This document shows positions 62,701-64,000 of a DNA stretch of 64,000 nt, piece by piece. Under the pieces are notes generated by a model that saw nothing but the letters and a program-made list of their open reading frames with translations, was not told the DNA's origin and ran no database searches. Positions within the stretch are counted from its first letter, which is position 1. Every line of letters starts with the position of its first letter. The position numbers and the translations under genes are program-made. The stretch is from an uncultured virus (IMG/VR IMGVR_UViG_3300001518_000034) (Duplodnaviria; Heunggongvirae; Uroviricota; Caudoviricetes), in the IMG/VR virus record IMGVR_UViG_3300001518_000034; one strand, written 5' to 3'.

Positions 62701-64000
62701 AAAAATAATATTTCATACAACGATTATATTATTAAAACTAGACCAGTTGATATATATAAAACATCATATGTTATAAATTGTATAAATAATTACGAAAGTC
62801 AAAATACAACATATACAACATATTATTTACCATTAGCATATATGCAAATCAATTCATCAACATTTAATCCACCAGAATCAACAAAACCATCTGGAATAAT
62901 TCCTGATATTAATGATGATGAAGAAAAACGTAAATATGGAGAATATATAAATTGTTGGAATGATGATACCAATTATCATCCAATTACAGCATATATTAAA
63001 TTATTTAATAATACAACAAAATCTAATCCATATTATTATGATTCAAATGAGGCTGTAATACAATTTAATATTAATCGTACAACATTCCCATCATCTGATG
63101 ATTTTATTAATGGTCGTATTTCTAATTGGATATACGTATCAACTGAATCAATGTATTATTTATCTGATTTTATTGAAATGGGTATTGATGCATCAGATTT
63201 TCAGGAAGGATTTTCTTTAGGATCATGCGCACCAACAGGAAGCTATTATTATTATGATGAAAATTATTCAGAATATATTGTTAATGAAATATATGCTAAT
63301 AAATATATTGAAAATTTAGGATCATCACATAATAATCACTATCAATATGTTAATTTAAATTCATCATATACAAATAATTTATTAAATCCTGATACTCCAG
63401 CAAATATTGAATCTAGAAGTTATATTATACCATATCCAATATTTAATCAAATGATTGTTAATAATGATAGTAACAATGAAAATAATAATGACAATGATAA
63501 TAATGTAACATTTTCAAGTACATCATATAATTTTGATATATATCGTCTTGCAGATATAAATAAATTAAATATAACAAGTGTATCTGCAATTACAACAACA
63601 TGGAATAATTCTATTCAACATGATCATAATGATGATCAAATAGAAGGTAATGGCATATATACAAATAAAACATATTATACTGTTAATTTTGATAATACAT
63701 TTGTTAATTCATTTGGTAAAAATTATCCAAATTATGGTAAAGATAATGAAAAACCATTTAATATGATTTTATATAAAATATATTATGATCGTGTAAGAGG
63801 ATCTAAAAATTATAAATCAGGTATACTTAGTACAGGATCAACAAACACATTTATATGTCCAATTATTAGACTTCATAAAGATGGTATGCCAAATATATAT
63901 GTAACAACAAAATATGATAATAAAATAACAAGTGTTGAAGAAACGTATGAATTCTTTAAATTTAGATATAATGATATTTATATTGTTAAAAAAATAGAAA
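59746..64000 (+). CDS. Very large hypothetical (probably structural) protein, 3'-truncated by the window edge (>1400 aa)
   Basis: ATG at 59746 (MAQKNYFSYNII...); frame +1 stays open to the end of the window, which explains its absence from the ORF track. Confidence 0.8.
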   Translation, partial: MAQKNYFSYNIIDTLYFNQPTGTDLQKVYGNNIPASFVRRNSIEYDQMNPDEQRLYDENERNFIEAVINKYIMDDFGKGSYIGIDTNYHDNNEHELTKEITYAYFKTSYEVGIELSDMISNINGVHNYKLISAKDIDFDNIILPNSAISRDFNWGGFDRNRRWGDKPIHINNTFELLNVIDYLLCACDNLWNELYKLKYSVNEGVEIWFTKNASDRTLISSSMKLVVQDFQRDNTERTEATRMITYLDPFNYYTSLNNNAENNFGMVTNFYVVNEDSDDLTFDRKIIDNKGRNIILMIILPNSKAIGQANATTTQNVNSTLQQIYAYKIGNELKIYPGSRIDAFINENYIINNSNDLVDFKNKKLKYETYFKSNSRDNIYSQIYIEFLNTSKFNQSIKNPYLLYYIKDSNVKVVVSYNYEGSGQAYATTIYDIILRNINNTATYSLYNTHTSSDDDNFNVITNEYDPKFYIIPDEFFSTLEVATPNSRKYSASSQSIRIYYYKNSNNLTCKVTRLKDDEEIEIKPENDPTQSNSLAYNYFRYNVPDGQKITFEFDSSYIALDSTNEGNPLGLKLDDEYKDIMLYNPSSVNDEDKDKYYQFINTEDSGTYKRIFKQFNIDTFDTRNYINIDNKSQSYKHIWVKYDNPYKLNLTIDHDELITQSLIYSDVNNEINKIIENNELNMISYNKYTLEHTLSDGVEEIKFNLRFHIDETSKVKGTECIIPLNINKIYYPTINYYTYNAMDLERKKYNNIEYTYTVSGINQKATLSEIYNKTFRKYDYNSSGKLNLPQNVYKTMSTDQIDINTLDDLQLQKSYDCTINNAIFEFTYNHYKSNIVNLIGGWYTENYIKRHLKKDFAATKLKFNDNSSETILKSEINTDSAYSYHLYMFNLNGFGRNYRLHGNGHTLPSNYNNSSSNISSLYPEFDLISIASNKDYQSINEQLKFKLDDNNAQLSHIAIEMNDNEYVWTQNDLEFNSGYNIKYTKNNISYNDYIIKTRPVDIYKTSYVINCINNYESQNTTYTTYYLPLAYMQINSSTFNPPESTKPSGIIPDINDDEEKRKYGEYINCWNDDTNYHPITAYIKLFNNTTKSNPYYYDSNEAVIQFNINRTTFPSSDDFINGRISNWIYVSTESMYYLSDFIEMGIDASDFQEGFSLGSCAPTGSYYYYDENYSEYIVNEIYANKYIENLGSSHNNHYQYVNLNSSYTNNLLNPDTPANIESRSYIIPYPIFNQMIVNNDSNNENNNDNDNNVTFSSTSYNFDIYRLADINKLNITSVSAITTTWNNSIQHDHNDDQIEGNGIYTNKTYYTVNFDNTFVNSFGKNYPNYGKDNEKPFNMILYKIYYDRVRGSKNYKSGILSTGSTNTFICPIIRLHKDGMPNIYVTTKYDNKITSVEETYEFFKFRYNDIYIVKKIE

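Noticed and set aside
1..64000. Alternative genetic code (TAG=Gln or TGA=Trp)
   Set aside because: Long genes and conserved enzymes are uninterrupted in the standard code.
1..64000. tRNA, rRNA or tmRNA genes
   Set aside because: No cloverleaf with a T-loop GTTCRA in an intergenic position was seen, and intergenic spaces are short and AT-rich. tRNAscan-SE/ARAGORN would confirm.

Overview
This is a 64-kb segment of a very AT-rich, densely coding large (jumbo/mega-type) tailed phage genome that reads cleanly in the standard genetic code. A Bacteroidota host is inferred from the Bacteroides/Prevotella-like MnmA, the BT0820-like HAD protein and the DEDDh exonuclease. Layout: (1) 1-9.8 kb (+): Rnl2-type RNA ligase, two tandem promoter/ncRNA/terminator cassettes, an AEP-like protein, a NadR-like kinase, a YkuK RNase H-like protein, an NAD+-dependent DNA ligase and small ORFs. 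(2) 9.8-30.2 kb (-): a tail fibre/adhesin with internal duplications, large virion-like proteins, a frameshifted homing-endonuclease-like gene, and six consecutive genes, including a sigma70-family factor, that all start with a T4 internal-protein-like capsid-targeting peptide. (3) 30.4-53 kb: a SLOG protein, mnmA, an M42 peptidase, an S1-domain protein, HAD, DUF1919, YqeY, a DEDDh exonuclease and many small accessory ORFs. (4) 53.1-64 kb (+): large Asn/Tyr-rich putative structural genes, the last running off the window. A conserved promoter motif (TTGAA-N16-CTATATT-N4-ATGT) recurs throughout. The two best candidates for novel systems are (a) two apparently independently transcribed small RNAs with a complete hammerhead catalytic core and pseudoknot but no cis substrate strand, possibly natural trans-acting ribozymes, and (b) a putatively virion-packaged sigma factor paired with a phage-specific promoter. 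No tRNA, rRNA or CRISPR array was recognised. All family calls are from motif recognition by eye; no database searches were run.
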